DNA from: a virus
Taxonomy: Duplodnaviria > Caudoviricetes
Strand: one strand, 5' to 3'
DNA length: 64,000 bases
Virus record (IMG/VR): IMGVR_UViG_3300028392_002123
Both the position numbers and the translations under genes were made by a program. How positions within the stretch are numbered: the first letter of the stretch is position 1; the number at the start of each line of letters is the position of its first letter. The notes below the pieces were generated by a model that did no database searches, was not told the DNA's origin, and worked only from the letters and a program-made list of their open reading frames with translations. This document shows, one piece after another, positions 1 to 9,579 of this stretch.

Positions 1-2
1 AC

Positions 3-275
3 CCAGAGTCTCCCACACTACGACTAATTATAACTGATGATTTTTTAGAACTGCAAAGTCTAATAGAAAATCCAGAAAATTTTAAAATTGAAGAAACATT
101 AAACCTGTATCTACATAAACAAGGCGAACCCGACTTCTTACTGCGAAAGTATGTTATAAATAGAAACGACTTGGTCAATCAAAACAGACTAATATTGGAC
201 GGCAACGATCTAATAGGAAAAGTTTCTGCGGTGTGCGATTCAAGACATATTAATGTAGAAACTATATATGAGTAA
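3..275 (+). CDS. 5'-truncated hypothetical protein
   Basis: Frame 3 is open from the window edge (PESPTLRLIITDDF...VETIYE) to TAA at 273-275, overlapping the next ATG at 268. Confidence 0.6.
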   Translation, partial: PESPTLRLIITDDFLELQSLIENPENFKIEETLNLYLHKQGEPDFLLRKYVINRNDLVNQNRLILDGNDLIGKVSAVCDSRHINVETIYE

Positions 276-1251
276 ACCAATCCCTATAAACGAATATGAC
301 ATTGTGTTCATGAGCTATGATGAACCAAATGCAGATTATAATTATTCCAATTTACTGGAAAAAGCTCCATGGGCCAAACGAGTACACGGAGTCTTGGGAT
401 TCGATGCTTGTCACAAAGCCGCTGCCAGGGCCGCTGAAACAGATAGATTTATCACTGTTGATGCTGACAATATTGTACGCGAAGAATTTTTTAATCTAGA
501 ACTAGACATGAGTAAAGTGGGCCAGCATGATGTTATCAGCTGGGCAGGAAAAAACTATATCAACGGATTGACCTATGGCAACGGTGGCATTAAGTTTTGG
601 CCCAAGCATGTAGTTGAATCCATGAAAACACACGAAGTAGCGGAAAATGCAAAAAGCCAGACAGATTTTTGTTGGGACATTTATTATCGTCAAATGAATA
701 ACATATACAGTGATGTATATGCAAATGGCAGCGCATATCAAGCTTATCGCGGAGGTTTTCGCGAAGGTGTCAAGCTGGGCTTAGAAAGCGGCACAGTTGT
801 TGATGCTAGACAATTAAAAAATAAAGTCTATGATAGAAATTATAAACGCTTATTGGTATGGGCCACAGTGGGCGCCGACGTGGAAAACGGTCTGTGGAGC
901 ATGTACGGCACACGATTAGGAATATATCTAACAAACATTAAACGCAGTGAATGGGATTTTACTGCTGTGCGAGATTTTACATGGCATACTAATTATTGGA
1001 ACGAAGAAATTAAATCAAAATTCACAGATGACAACGGAGATGGAATGTGCAATGCCACAGGATGGAAATACAGCACCACCAAGCTGTGGACAGAAATAGT
1101 AAAACTGGGAGACCAGTTAAGAACAGAACTGGGCTTAGAAATCGGAGAGTTGGATCATAATGGCAGTAAGTTTTTTAAAGAAAGCTTTATTAATCCACCT
1201 AGACTAGGCGCATTGGTTCGCGAAGACCAAGTAGATAATACAATAGAATAA
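268..1251 (+). CDS. Glycosyltransferase-like protein (GT-A-like DxD), family A paralogue 1
   Basis: VFMSYDEPNAD, RVHGVLGFD, FITVDAD (DxD), NGLTYGNGGIK, FREGVK; same motifs at 14811, 15523, 16530. Confidence 0.55.
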   Translation: MSKPIPINEYDIVFMSYDEPNADYNYSNLLEKAPWAKRVHGVLGFDACHKAAARAAETDRFITVDADNIVREEFFNLELDMSKVGQHDVISWAGKNYINGLTYGNGGIKFWPKHVVESMKTHEVAENAKSQTDFCWDIYYRQMNNIYSDVYANGSAYQAYRGGFREGVKLGLESGTVVDARQLKNKVYDRNYKRLLVWATVGADVENGLWSMYGTRLGIYLTNIKRSEWDFTAVRDFTWHTNYWNEEIKSKFTDDNGDGMCNATGWKYSTTKLWTEIVKLGDQLRTELGLEIGELDHNGSKFFKESFINPPRLGALVREDQVDNTIE

Positions 1252-1254
1252 TAT

Positions 1255-2649
1255 ATGAGCTTTCATGAATTCAGGGACGAGCTCAATGCCGTCAGCAGTA
1301 GTTTTTGTATTGCCAAATGGAAACAGGTAACTCTGCATCTCCAAACAGGTCATACACACAGTTGTCACCATCCTACCACACACAAAGTCCCGTTAACAGA
1401 AGTCTTGGTCAATCCCAGTGCTTTGCATAATACAAAATATAAAAAACTACAGCGTAAAAAAATGCTCACAGGATCTCGTCCCAGCGAATGTGACTATTGT
1501 TGGCGTGTGGAAGACAGTGGTGCCGATGTACTCAGTGACCGTGTCTATAAAAGTTCAGATGTATGGGCAAAGAAATATTTAAAAGAATGTACAGATAATC
1601 CCTGGGACTTTGATTTTGCACCCAGCTATTTAGAAGTTAGTTTTAGTAGCGTGTGTAATTTTAAATGTAGCTATTGCAGTCCCGAAGTCAGCAGTAAATG
1701 GATGGAAGAAAGCGAACGTTTTGGTCCTTATCCCACTAGCAGAAAATTCGGCGACATAAGCTGGTTAAAGGATGCGGGAAAATTTCCTATTCCCCACAGC
1801 GAATATAATCCCTATGTGGATGCCTTTTGGGCGTGGTGGCCCGACATCTATCACAGTCTAGAACATTTTAGAGTCACAGGTGGTGAACCTTTGTTGGCCA
1901 AGGACACATTTAAAGTCTTGGATTATATCATTGAAAATCCGAATCCAGAATTAGATCTCAGTATAAACAGCAATATGTGTGTACCTGACGCAGTACTGGA
2001 CAAGTTCATTTCTAAAATTAAAATTATCTGCGGTGAAAAGAAAATCAAAAAATTTAAAATCTTTACCAGCTGTGACGGCCATGGCCGGGCCGCTGAATAT
2101 ATCAGAGACGGCTTGGACTATGAACAATGGAAACGTAATATTCAAAAAGTATTGGATCAAGTACCTGAATGTACATTCACCATAATGAGCACATACAATG
2201 CATTGAGTATCAGTACATACTTAGACTTTTTAAAAGACGTAGTTGAAATCAAACGCAAGTACGGCGGTGCAGATGGTAGGAACAGTCCTTTCATTCTAGA
2301 TACACCTTACCTAAGACATCCCGAGCATCAAGCAATTTTTATACTGCCTAATCGTTGGGCTGACAAGATCAAAGAACAAGTGGACTATGTATTTGAAAAT
2401 ATAGAAAATCCCACGGATCCCAATAGAACTAATCAGGGTTTTTATCCCTGGGAAGCTGATAAATTCAAACGCATACATGAATTAATGCTGTCCAAAGAAG
2501 AAATGGAATTTAAAGTAACACAGGCACAAAAAGACTTTGTGGCATTTGTCGACGAACACGATCGTAGACGCGGCACTAACTTTTCCGAAACGTTTCCTGA
2601 GTATATGGATCTATATTACTTTTGGAAAAATAATCCTATAACAACATGA
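1255..2649 (+). CDS. Radical SAM protein with N-terminal twitch/SPASM-like Cys domain
   Basis: CNFKCSYC (CxxxCxxC), TGGEP; N-terminal FCIAKW...SCHH...ECDYCW. Confidence 0.85.
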   Translation: MSFHEFRDELNAVSSSFCIAKWKQVTLHLQTGHTHSCHHPTTHKVPLTEVLVNPSALHNTKYKKLQRKKMLTGSRPSECDYCWRVEDSGADVLSDRVYKSSDVWAKKYLKECTDNPWDFDFAPSYLEVSFSSVCNFKCSYCSPEVSSKWMEESERFGPYPTSRKFGDISWLKDAGKFPIPHSEYNPYVDAFWAWWPDIYHSLEHFRVTGGEPLLAKDTFKVLDYIIENPNPELDLSINSNMCVPDAVLDKFISKIKIICGEKKIKKFKIFTSCDGHGRAAEYIRDGLDYEQWKRNIQKVLDQVPECTFTIMSTYNALSISTYLDFLKDVVEIKRKYGGADGRNSPFILDTPYLRHPEHQAIFILPNRWADKIKEQVDYVFENIENPTDPNRTNQGFYPWEADKFKRIHELMLSKEEMEFKVTQAQKDFVAFVDEHDRRRGTNFSETFPEYMDLYYFWKNNPITT

Positions 2650-3407
2650 ACCTGCAAGACAGAATAGCTATTTGCTTTTCTGGGCAAATAAGAACCGGAG
2701 TTGAAAACAGCATCAACTTATTGCCTTATATAGGAGATTTAAGAAATTCTGTTGATATCTTTATTCATACATGGGATATTGAAACAGAAAGTCCATGGTC
2801 GGAAAAAAATAAGGGAGATGTTGGCGTAGCTAATCTAAGACGATATGTTGACAAACAAGCATTTGAAAAATTAAATGGAATTTACACTCCATTGGAACTA
2901 AAAATAGATAATTTTGACATTTATCAACAATGTCATCTGCGTCGTGTAATTGCCCGTGGAGAAACCATCGTGGCGCAGATTCCCATGTTTCAAAGTATAT
3001 GGGAATCTAATCAACTAAAATTATCTCATGAAAAATTATCTAACAGCAAATATGGTTATGTGTTTCGTATGAGAATGGACGTTAATTTTGGTCCTGGTAG
3101 AACTCTATTAGAAGATCTACAATTTGTTTCAAATAAGAGAGATTTATTTTATGTTGTAGATTTTAGCAATAAATTGCCCGAAGCTATAGAAGATTTATGT
3201 TGGCTTAGTAGCAGTAAAATCATGGACCGGGCCTGCAATTTTATACTAGAAAGAGAAACCACACAGACAATGAATCACATTGATTGGCAACATCATATGA
3301 GCAGATATCTTGCAGAGGAAGGTATAAAAGTTCGCACCTTCAAAAATAATACAATATCAATTGTTAGAAATGATTTTATAGTTAAAAACGCTGACGAAGA
3401 AATTTAA
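2646..3407 (+). CDS. Putative glycosyltransferase-like protein, family B (SGQxR...HTW...RxRxD)
   Basis: IAICFSGQIR, DIFIHTWD, YVFRMRMD; paralogous motifs at 3416, 4272, 7558. Confidence 0.4.
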   Translation: MNLQDRIAICFSGQIRTGVENSINLLPYIGDLRNSVDIFIHTWDIETESPWSEKNKGDVGVANLRRYVDKQAFEKLNGIYTPLELKIDNFDIYQQCHLRRVIARGETIVAQIPMFQSIWESNQLKLSHEKLSNSKYGYVFRMRMDVNFGPGRTLLEDLQFVSNKRDLFYVVDFSNKLPEAIEDLCWLSSSKIMDRACNFILERETTQTMNHIDWQHHMSRYLAEEGIKVRTFKNNTISIVRNDFIVKNADEEI

Positions 3408-3415
3408 ATATTAAT

Positions 3416-4291
3416 ATGAAAATAGCATTTTGTTTTAGTGGACAGCCAAGAACATGGGATAAGTGTTACCCAACTTGGAAACGATTCGAAAAGAAACTTT
3501 GTAATCTAACCGGTGCAGATCAAGTTGATTATTTTTGTCACGCTTGGGATTTCAATACTCCTCCACATGCAGTACTGGCCGCTGATGACGGCCCAAGCAC
3601 AGATGTAGTCGATGATTATCTAACTGTAAAAGGTGTTAAACTATCATATACAGAAACACAGTCGTTTCTCAATACTATCAAGCCCGTTGGATATATATTC
3701 GAAGATGAAGAACACAGTAAAAGTCGTATCAAAGAAATAAGACTGCAAGCAGAAGCCCATGTCAACGAGCATGGAAAGAATACACTAGAATGGATTGCCA
3801 GTCAATTTTACGGTGTTATGTATGCGGCACAGCTTATGAAAAAACACGAAGTAGAAAATAATTTTAGCTATGACATGGTGTTTCGTATGCGCTATGATTT
3901 ATTCTTAGACGATCACCAGCTGGACTGGTTCTTTGATGATCGTAGTAACGATTTTCAAATACCTAAATTTAATCATTTTTATAGCTGTCATACTAGCAAA
4001 GAAAAAAATCAATTTCCATTTCATAGAATGGGAGACATATTTTGGTATGCCGATGGTATAACATTTAGTAGAATCTGTGATTTCTATAGATGGTTACCAG
4101 TACTGGGCAGTAAGTGTTTCAACAATGGCCGCGTGGGAACAGAACATGCTCTATACTTTTATGCTAAGATGTTGCGTATGCAAGTAGTGCCTATTAGTAT
4201 AGATCCAAAAATATATCGACAAAAAGATTATCTAGATAGAAAACGTCAAGCAGGCCTGGAAGAGAGTTTAGGTGGACATGAGCTTATTTGA
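3416..4291 (+). CDS. Putative glycosyltransferase-like protein, family B
   Basis: IAFCFSGQPR, DYFCHAWD, YDMVFRMRYD, GDIFWYAD. Confidence 0.4.
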   Translation: MKIAFCFSGQPRTWDKCYPTWKRFEKKLCNLTGADQVDYFCHAWDFNTPPHAVLAADDGPSTDVVDDYLTVKGVKLSYTETQSFLNTIKPVGYIFEDEEHSKSRIKEIRLQAEAHVNEHGKNTLEWIASQFYGVMYAAQLMKKHEVENNFSYDMVFRMRYDLFLDDHQLDWFFDDRSNDFQIPKFNHFYSCHTSKEKNQFPFHRMGDIFWYADGITFSRICDFYRWLPVLGSKCFNNGRVGTEHALYFYAKMLRMQVVPISIDPKIYRQKDYLDRKRQAGLEESLGGHELI

Positions 4292-5180
4292 TTTACAATT
4301 AGATCCTAGTACAGGTAATTTATTTTATGCTGAACGAGTTATAAAAAAAGAACCTGTGAAAAAAGAAAAGAAATTCAGGATCGCTGTCTGTTACAGCGGC
4401 CAAGCTAGACATTGGCAGACCTGTGTGGATAACAATAAAAGATTTTTTGATAGTTGGACATCGCATCCTGAAACTGGCCTAGACATTGAAGTAGATTATT
4501 TTATACATACATGGGATCGTAACACTTGGCGCTTGCCCAAACAAGGACACGAACATTTTACTATAGAAAAACACAGGGATGCAGATTCAATTGAACAAGC
4601 ATATAGTCCAAAAGGTTTCATATGTGAAGAATTCGATGCTACCCAGTTCCCCCGAGCATGGGATCCTATGTTTTATAGCCATGCAAGAAGTTTGATGTTA
4701 AAGCGAGACTACGAGCTTAAAAACGATGTTAGATATGACATAGTTATTAAAGCAAGACTGGATGTGGTATATCCGCCGAGTATGCCTTTTCCCCTGCAAC
4801 GAGTATGGCCAGGCGTATGCTATACTTGTACACCTATAGGCAAGTTTCCCAGCGAATTTAATTACAATAATTTTGATGATGTATTATTCTATGGAGACAG
4901 TCCTACCATGGACCTAATAGGCGACATATATTTTAAACTTAGACAACAGCATACTTCTGCCTACATTGACAGCGTGGAAGCCACTGCTAACCTAGATGTT
5001 ACATTATGGTACGGGCCCGGCTGTTTAATATATGATCATTGCACAGACCTAGGAATACATCCAGACGGTAATAGAGTTATCGAATATGCAGTTGTAAGAA
5101 GTACTGCAACTGAAAAAAACTTAGATGGTATATACGACTATGACGAAATCAGAAAAAAATGGTTTGAGTGGTATATCTAA
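4272..5180 (+). CDS. Putative glycosyltransferase-like protein, family B
   Basis: IAVCYSGQAR, DYFIHTWD, YDIVIKARLD, DDVLFYGDS. Confidence 0.4.
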   Translation: MDMSLFDLQLDPSTGNLFYAERVIKKEPVKKEKKFRIAVCYSGQARHWQTCVDNNKRFFDSWTSHPETGLDIEVDYFIHTWDRNTWRLPKQGHEHFTIEKHRDADSIEQAYSPKGFICEEFDATQFPRAWDPMFYSHARSLMLKRDYELKNDVRYDIVIKARLDVVYPPSMPFPLQRVWPGVCYTCTPIGKFPSEFNYNNFDDVLFYGDSPTMDLIGDIYFKLRQQHTSAYIDSVEATANLDVTLWYGPGCLIYDHCTDLGIHPDGNRVIEYAVVRSTATEKNLDGIYDYDEIRKKWFEWYI

Positions 5181-6114
5181 ATCTATCTTAGATAGAATTG
5201 CTGGTCCAGGTCCGCAACTAGATAACGACGAATTGGAAATCATTTGCGACGGCGATTCATGGGTATTTGGCTGTGAAATCGTTGACCCTAAATTAAAAAA
5301 GAAACAGGATGATGACACACATCCAGGCAATTATGATTTTGAAGAAGCCAACGATCAATATCGCAGGCCTAGAATTTTTAGCCATCATCTCAGCAAACTA
5401 TTAAAATGTCGTGTAACAAACCTAAGTTGGCCCGCCGATGATAACAATACCATAGTTAGAAGAACAATAGAATATATTAGCAGTGAGTATATTGCAAAAA
5501 ATCGCAGTACAGATAATTTGTTTGTAATGATCGGATGGAGCAGTCCTGAAAGAAATAGCTTTTGGTACAAGGATGACACTATGAGTGCTCCTTTTAGACT
5601 GTGGCCTCAGGTAGCTCATTTTGACGCACCGGCACAAAAGAAATTTTGGGAATTATATGTACCATACCTATGGCACCCAGAAGAATACATGCCCAGGTAT
5701 GTATATAATGTAATACAATTCCAGAATTTCTGTAATGCACACAACATTAAATGGATGTGTTGGAATAGTTTTTATCAAACTCCTGCAAGAAATCCCAATG
5801 AATGGCATGATCTAGATGTACGAGAAGAATTATTAAAGTTGACTAACATGGTTGCTGGTTATCAATATCAATGCACAGATACTCCAGATATCAGACATAA
5901 CAGAATGAACAACTATTTAAATTTATGGAATACTGTTGATCCTCTACGTTTTTATAAAAAGGATCAGCCCAACAATACTTTTAAGAGTTATATAGAACAG
6001 CCTGATTTAGACATCAAAAATGTATTATGCGGATGGCATCCTAGTCCAGATAGTCACAAGGCCTGGGCTCGAGAGTTAGTTAGATATATTAAAGAAAACA
6101 ATTTATTGCCATGA
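5125..6114 (+). CDS. SGNH/GDSL hydrolase-like protein
   Basis: CDGDSW (block I Ser), MIGWS, C-terminal GWHPSPDSH; exact start uncertain. Confidence 0.6.
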   Translation: MVYTTMTKSEKNGLSGISKSILDRIAGPGPQLDNDELEIICDGDSWVFGCEIVDPKLKKKQDDDTHPGNYDFEEANDQYRRPRIFSHHLSKLLKCRVTNLSWPADDNNTIVRRTIEYISSEYIAKNRSTDNLFVMIGWSSPERNSFWYKDDTMSAPFRLWPQVAHFDAPAQKKFWELYVPYLWHPEEYMPRYVYNVIQFQNFCNAHNIKWMCWNSFYQTPARNPNEWHDLDVREELLKLTNMVAGYQYQCTDTPDIRHNRMNNYLNLWNTVDPLRFYKKDQPNNTFKSYIEQPDLDIKNVLCGWHPSPDSHKAWARELVRYIKENNLLP

Positions 6115-6956
6115 TTAAACATCTAGTCACAAATGGCTGTAGCTGGACGTCAGGCAATGAGCTAGAATTTGATCCTGAGTTTGATAGACTGCTACAACGA
6201 TTAAAATTAGTCAAAGTAGATTCTACTAATCCTCTTAACTGGAACTTAAATGACTTAGATGGAAACTGGGCAACAACATTTGATGTACTTTACAATCATT
6301 TAAATTGGTCGGGCTATCTTAAAGATAAAATCGGTGCAGAACAGCTGACAAATTTAAGCACAGGCGGCGGCAGTAATGCTAGAATTCTAAGAACAACCTT
6401 AGACTATGTATTAAAATTACCACAGGAACTACGCAAAGAAACATTAGTAGTAATCGGATGGACAGTCAGTGAACGAGATGAAATGTATATTGCCAACAGT
6501 TGGCAACGCTGGAATGCCACACAGCCATTTAATATAACTGCTGATCGTATTAAGATGCCCGATGATTCTTTGGTAGATAAAATTACTCGTATACAAGAAG
6601 ATTATATTGTATACCTTTACAATGATTATGCGGCCGCGGGCAAATATTTTCAACAATCATACTTACTGGCAAATCTATTAGAAAACCTAGGAATAAAATA
6701 TTTCTTTTTCAATGCGCTGCCAGCTTGGTGGGAATCTGGAGAATTGGAATTTAAAGTTGACGTTGGCAGAGAGTTTAAAGAACAAGTACACTGGCAAGAA
6801 ACACACAGTAATTGTCTTAGCAATAGTAATACAATGTATAAGTTTGTTAATGATCACAAATATCCTGTAGCTCCTTGTTTTCATCCCTTAAGTCAAGGAC
6901 ACTTAGCTTGGGCAAATTACCTCAATGAGGTTATGCTGGAAAGAAACATTATATGA
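6111..6956 (+). CDS. SGNH/GDSL hydrolase-like protein
   Basis: TNGCSW, NLSTGGGSN, VIGWT, CFHPLSQGH. Confidence 0.6.
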   Translation: MIKHLVTNGCSWTSGNELEFDPEFDRLLQRLKLVKVDSTNPLNWNLNDLDGNWATTFDVLYNHLNWSGYLKDKIGAEQLTNLSTGGGSNARILRTTLDYVLKLPQELRKETLVVIGWTVSERDEMYIANSWQRWNATQPFNITADRIKMPDDSLVDKITRIQEDYIVYLYNDYAAAGKYFQQSYLLANLLENLGIKYFFFNALPAWWESGELEFKVDVGREFKEQVHWQETHSNCLSNSNTMYKFVNDHKYPVAPCFHPLSQGHLAWANYLNEVMLERNII

Positions 6957-7573
6957 AGATTTGGGTCTACGGTTGTAGTTTTAGTGAGCCTTTTCAAATT
7001 CAACAAGGCGGAGCCGAGTGGGACGAGCATGGGTATAGAATAATAACCTCCGACTATTGGGGAACACATCTTGCCAAAAAACTTAATAGAACCTGTGTTA
7101 CTAGAAGTCTAAGCGGTGTGGGATGGAACTATATAACTGAAAAAATAGACGAAGATATCATGGATTGGAGTAAAGATGATATTATCATTATTAGTCCTAG
7201 TTTTTTCAGTAGAGTAACATTTGAAGAATTAATAAAACGTGACAGTCAAAGTGAACTAGCAGGACAATTCTTAGAATGGGATCAAGTTGCCAAATATAAT
7301 GAACTACGCTGGGCTAGAAAGGTAGACACGCTACAATATTTCAATTATAATGTCTATACTTGGGTAGTAGATACTCCTAGATTTTCAGCATTGCCAAAGA
7401 ATTTAATTAAAGCAGAACAACACATTTCTTGGAAATCCTGGATGGATGAGAATAAACAATATTGGCAGGATCCTACTACTAATAAATATCCCCTGGGAGA
7501 TTGGCACTTTAACGAACTAGGCCATAGTGCAGTAGCAGAGATAATGTATAATTTTATATGTCAACAGCAATAA
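6953..7573 (+). CDS. SGNH/GDSL hydrolase-like protein
   Basis: VYGCSF, SLSGVG, DWHFNELGH. Confidence 0.55.
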   Translation: MKIWVYGCSFSEPFQIQQGGAEWDEHGYRIITSDYWGTHLAKKLNRTCVTRSLSGVGWNYITEKIDEDIMDWSKDDIIIISPSFFSRVTFEELIKRDSQSELAGQFLEWDQVAKYNELRWARKVDTLQYFNYNVYTWVVDTPRFSALPKNLIKAEQHISWKSWMDENKQYWQDPTTNKYPLGDWHFNELGHSAVAEIMYNFICQQQ

Positions 7574-8331
7574 TTGTTTCAGGAACACTACGTCATTTAG
7601 TCAATGCTAGCAGTAGCTGGACAATTCCCGGCGACTATTTTTTAGTCATTGATCAAAACATTTATACCACACCTGATTTAACAGTGGTAGGGGATAGCCT
7701 AGATATTATCTCTGAAAATATAAGGCACAGTCACGTTAAATTTAAAAGTATATTCATTTGTGTAGACAGTAACCTGCCCAAAGAAGTAAAACATCATTCC
7801 AGCATTAACATGATTAATAAATGGAAGTTGGCCTACTATAACATACTTCCGTATAACACTATTAATAACTATGAAAGAATTATTCTTTTACGTCCAGATT
7901 TATATCTATACAAACGGGCACCAACATTTAAGATGTTGGAAATAGTTCCTGAAAATAATACTATCTATTCAACTATCGGAATAACAACAACTGAAGTACC
8001 CGACATAGGCACAAGGGAAATAATGAATGATGTATTGCTGATGTGCAACCTGCAGACATTTTCTATATTGGCCAATGAATTTGGTCCGTATTACCTAGAA
8101 CGCTATGCCGAAACTCAAAATGGCGGCTATGAAATACACAGTATGCTGGCAAGATTTGTCAAAGAAAAAGGCATTGCCGTGATGCCACATATCGATAATT
8201 ATTTTGAATTCTCAGTATTAAGAAACAACAGCAGTGAATTATTTGTTAATGGAGTATTATTACCCACTGTTGATTATAATACGATCAGAGAAAGATCACG
8301 GGATTGGTGGAAGCAAGTACATGGAAAATAA
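7558..8331 (+). CDS. Putative glycosyltransferase-like protein, divergent family B
   Basis: IIVSGTLR, YERIILLRPD, NDVLL: degenerate versions of the family B motifs. Confidence 0.35.
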   Translation: MSTAIIVSGTLRHLVNASSSWTIPGDYFLVIDQNIYTTPDLTVVGDSLDIISENIRHSHVKFKSIFICVDSNLPKEVKHHSSINMINKWKLAYYNILPYNTINNYERIILLRPDLYLYKRAPTFKMLEIVPENNTIYSTIGITTTEVPDIGTREIMNDVLLMCNLQTFSILANEFGPYYLERYAETQNGGYEIHSMLARFVKEKGIAVMPHIDNYFEFSVLRNNSSELFVNGVLLPTVDYNTIRERSRDWWKQVHGK

Positions 8332-9139
8332 AAAATTAGTTGTCTGCGGCGATAGTTTTGCTGTAGGAATAGGCTGTCATGATCTAGTCAATGAGCCCGT
8401 GGGTAGTTTAGTTGCCCGGGAGCTGAATAAACCTTTGATAAATTTAGCCAAAGGATCTAGTACAAATTTCAGTATATTCTTGCAGATGCAGTATGTTGCG
8501 GATAAACTTGCCAATGATGTGGACTTAGTTCTAGTGGGTAATACCAGCTATGACAGAGTAGAATGGTTTCCCTTGGACACAGATTTTACCGGAGTCAGTG
8601 ATATTACCAATGAGATGGTCAACTATCATGAATATCCGCCTTACATGGAAAACAGCTATCATGTACACGGAAAAAATATATCACTGCCTAATCCCATGGC
8701 CGCTGACCCTGACTATTCTGGAGAAATGTTCACTGAGAATTACATGGGAGTCATCGACTACTGGGAAACTTATGGTAAAAAGAATCAAATAACCGAATAT
8801 TATAAAAGATTTGAAAACGAACCAAAAGCTCGAATGAACACGCTTTACAATTATGCTACTACTATACATGAAGCACGAATCAATCGCATATATAGTATAG
8901 GAGTATTAGCCATGGGTCATCAACGATTAAAACGACAGGGTATTAATCACTTAATTTTTAGTCAAGAACTTGAAGCCTATGCAAAATATATAGATAGAGA
9001 AAATCTAGTGGATATTAGTTGGGGGCAACTAAGTTTGGATTACCCAGATGATTTGCCAACTTGGCATACCAATGCAGAAGGGCATTGTGTGGCACGTGAT
9101 AAAGTTATGGCAAAGTTAAAAGAAAATGGATGGATATAA
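8321..9139 (+). CDS. SGNH/GDSL hydrolase-like protein
   Basis: VVCGDSF, NLAKGSSTN, WHTNAEGH; start placed at ATG 8321 (MENKK) just before the upstream stop. Confidence 0.6.
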   Translation: MENKKLVVCGDSFAVGIGCHDLVNEPVGSLVARELNKPLINLAKGSSTNFSIFLQMQYVADKLANDVDLVLVGNTSYDRVEWFPLDTDFTGVSDITNEMVNYHEYPPYMENSYHVHGKNISLPNPMAADPDYSGEMFTENYMGVIDYWETYGKKNQITEYYKRFENEPKARMNTLYNYATTIHEARINRIYSIGVLAMGHQRLKRQGINHLIFSQELEAYAKYIDRENLVDISWGQLSLDYPDDLPTWHTNAEGHCVARDKVMAKLKENGWI

Positions 9140-9579
9140 TGGAAATTAAAAAAGTCAATAAACACTGGGGCTATGAGTTATGGATTGCCGATGGGGTTAG
9201 AACACCCTACGCATCAAAACGCATATTGTTCAAAGCAGGGAATAGAACCAGTTTACAAGTTCATGAACACAAGTTTGAAACTAATTATGTACTCAGCGGC
9301 ACTGGCGTTCTGCATCGCAGTAAGGATCCCTTAAACATAGAACAATTTTTGGCAAACGGCATGACATCAACTCAGGTAGAAGAATATGAAGCAACATTCG
9401 AAGTCATTGAATTAAAAGAAGGTGTTGTATTTGATGTGCATCCTGGCTATGTACACAGAGTTATAGCTACCACGGATTTAGAATTCATGGAAACAAGTAC
9501 AACAGAACTTGATGATGTTATTAGACTGCAAGATGATCAAGGTCGCACACACGGAAGAATCAGCTACGAACATGGGTAA
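9139..9579 (+). CDS. Cupin-domain protein (mannose-6-phosphate isomerase type II-like)
   Basis: KHWGYELW, TSLQVHEHKFETNYVLSG, HRV, ETST...DDVIRLQD; TAATG coupling to the upstream gene. Confidence 0.7.
   Translation: MEIKKVNKHWGYELWIADGVRTPYASKRILFKAGNRTSLQVHEHKFETNYVLSGTGVLHRSKDPLNIEQFLANGMTSTQVEEYEATFEVIELKEGVVFDVHPGYVHRVIATTDLEFMETSTTELDDVIRLQDDQGRTHGRISYEHG

Noticed and set aside
155-162. TATAAATA inside the first partial CDS
   Set aside because: It lies about 100 nt upstream of the next start within coding sequence of an AT-rich genome; chance occurrence cannot be excluded.
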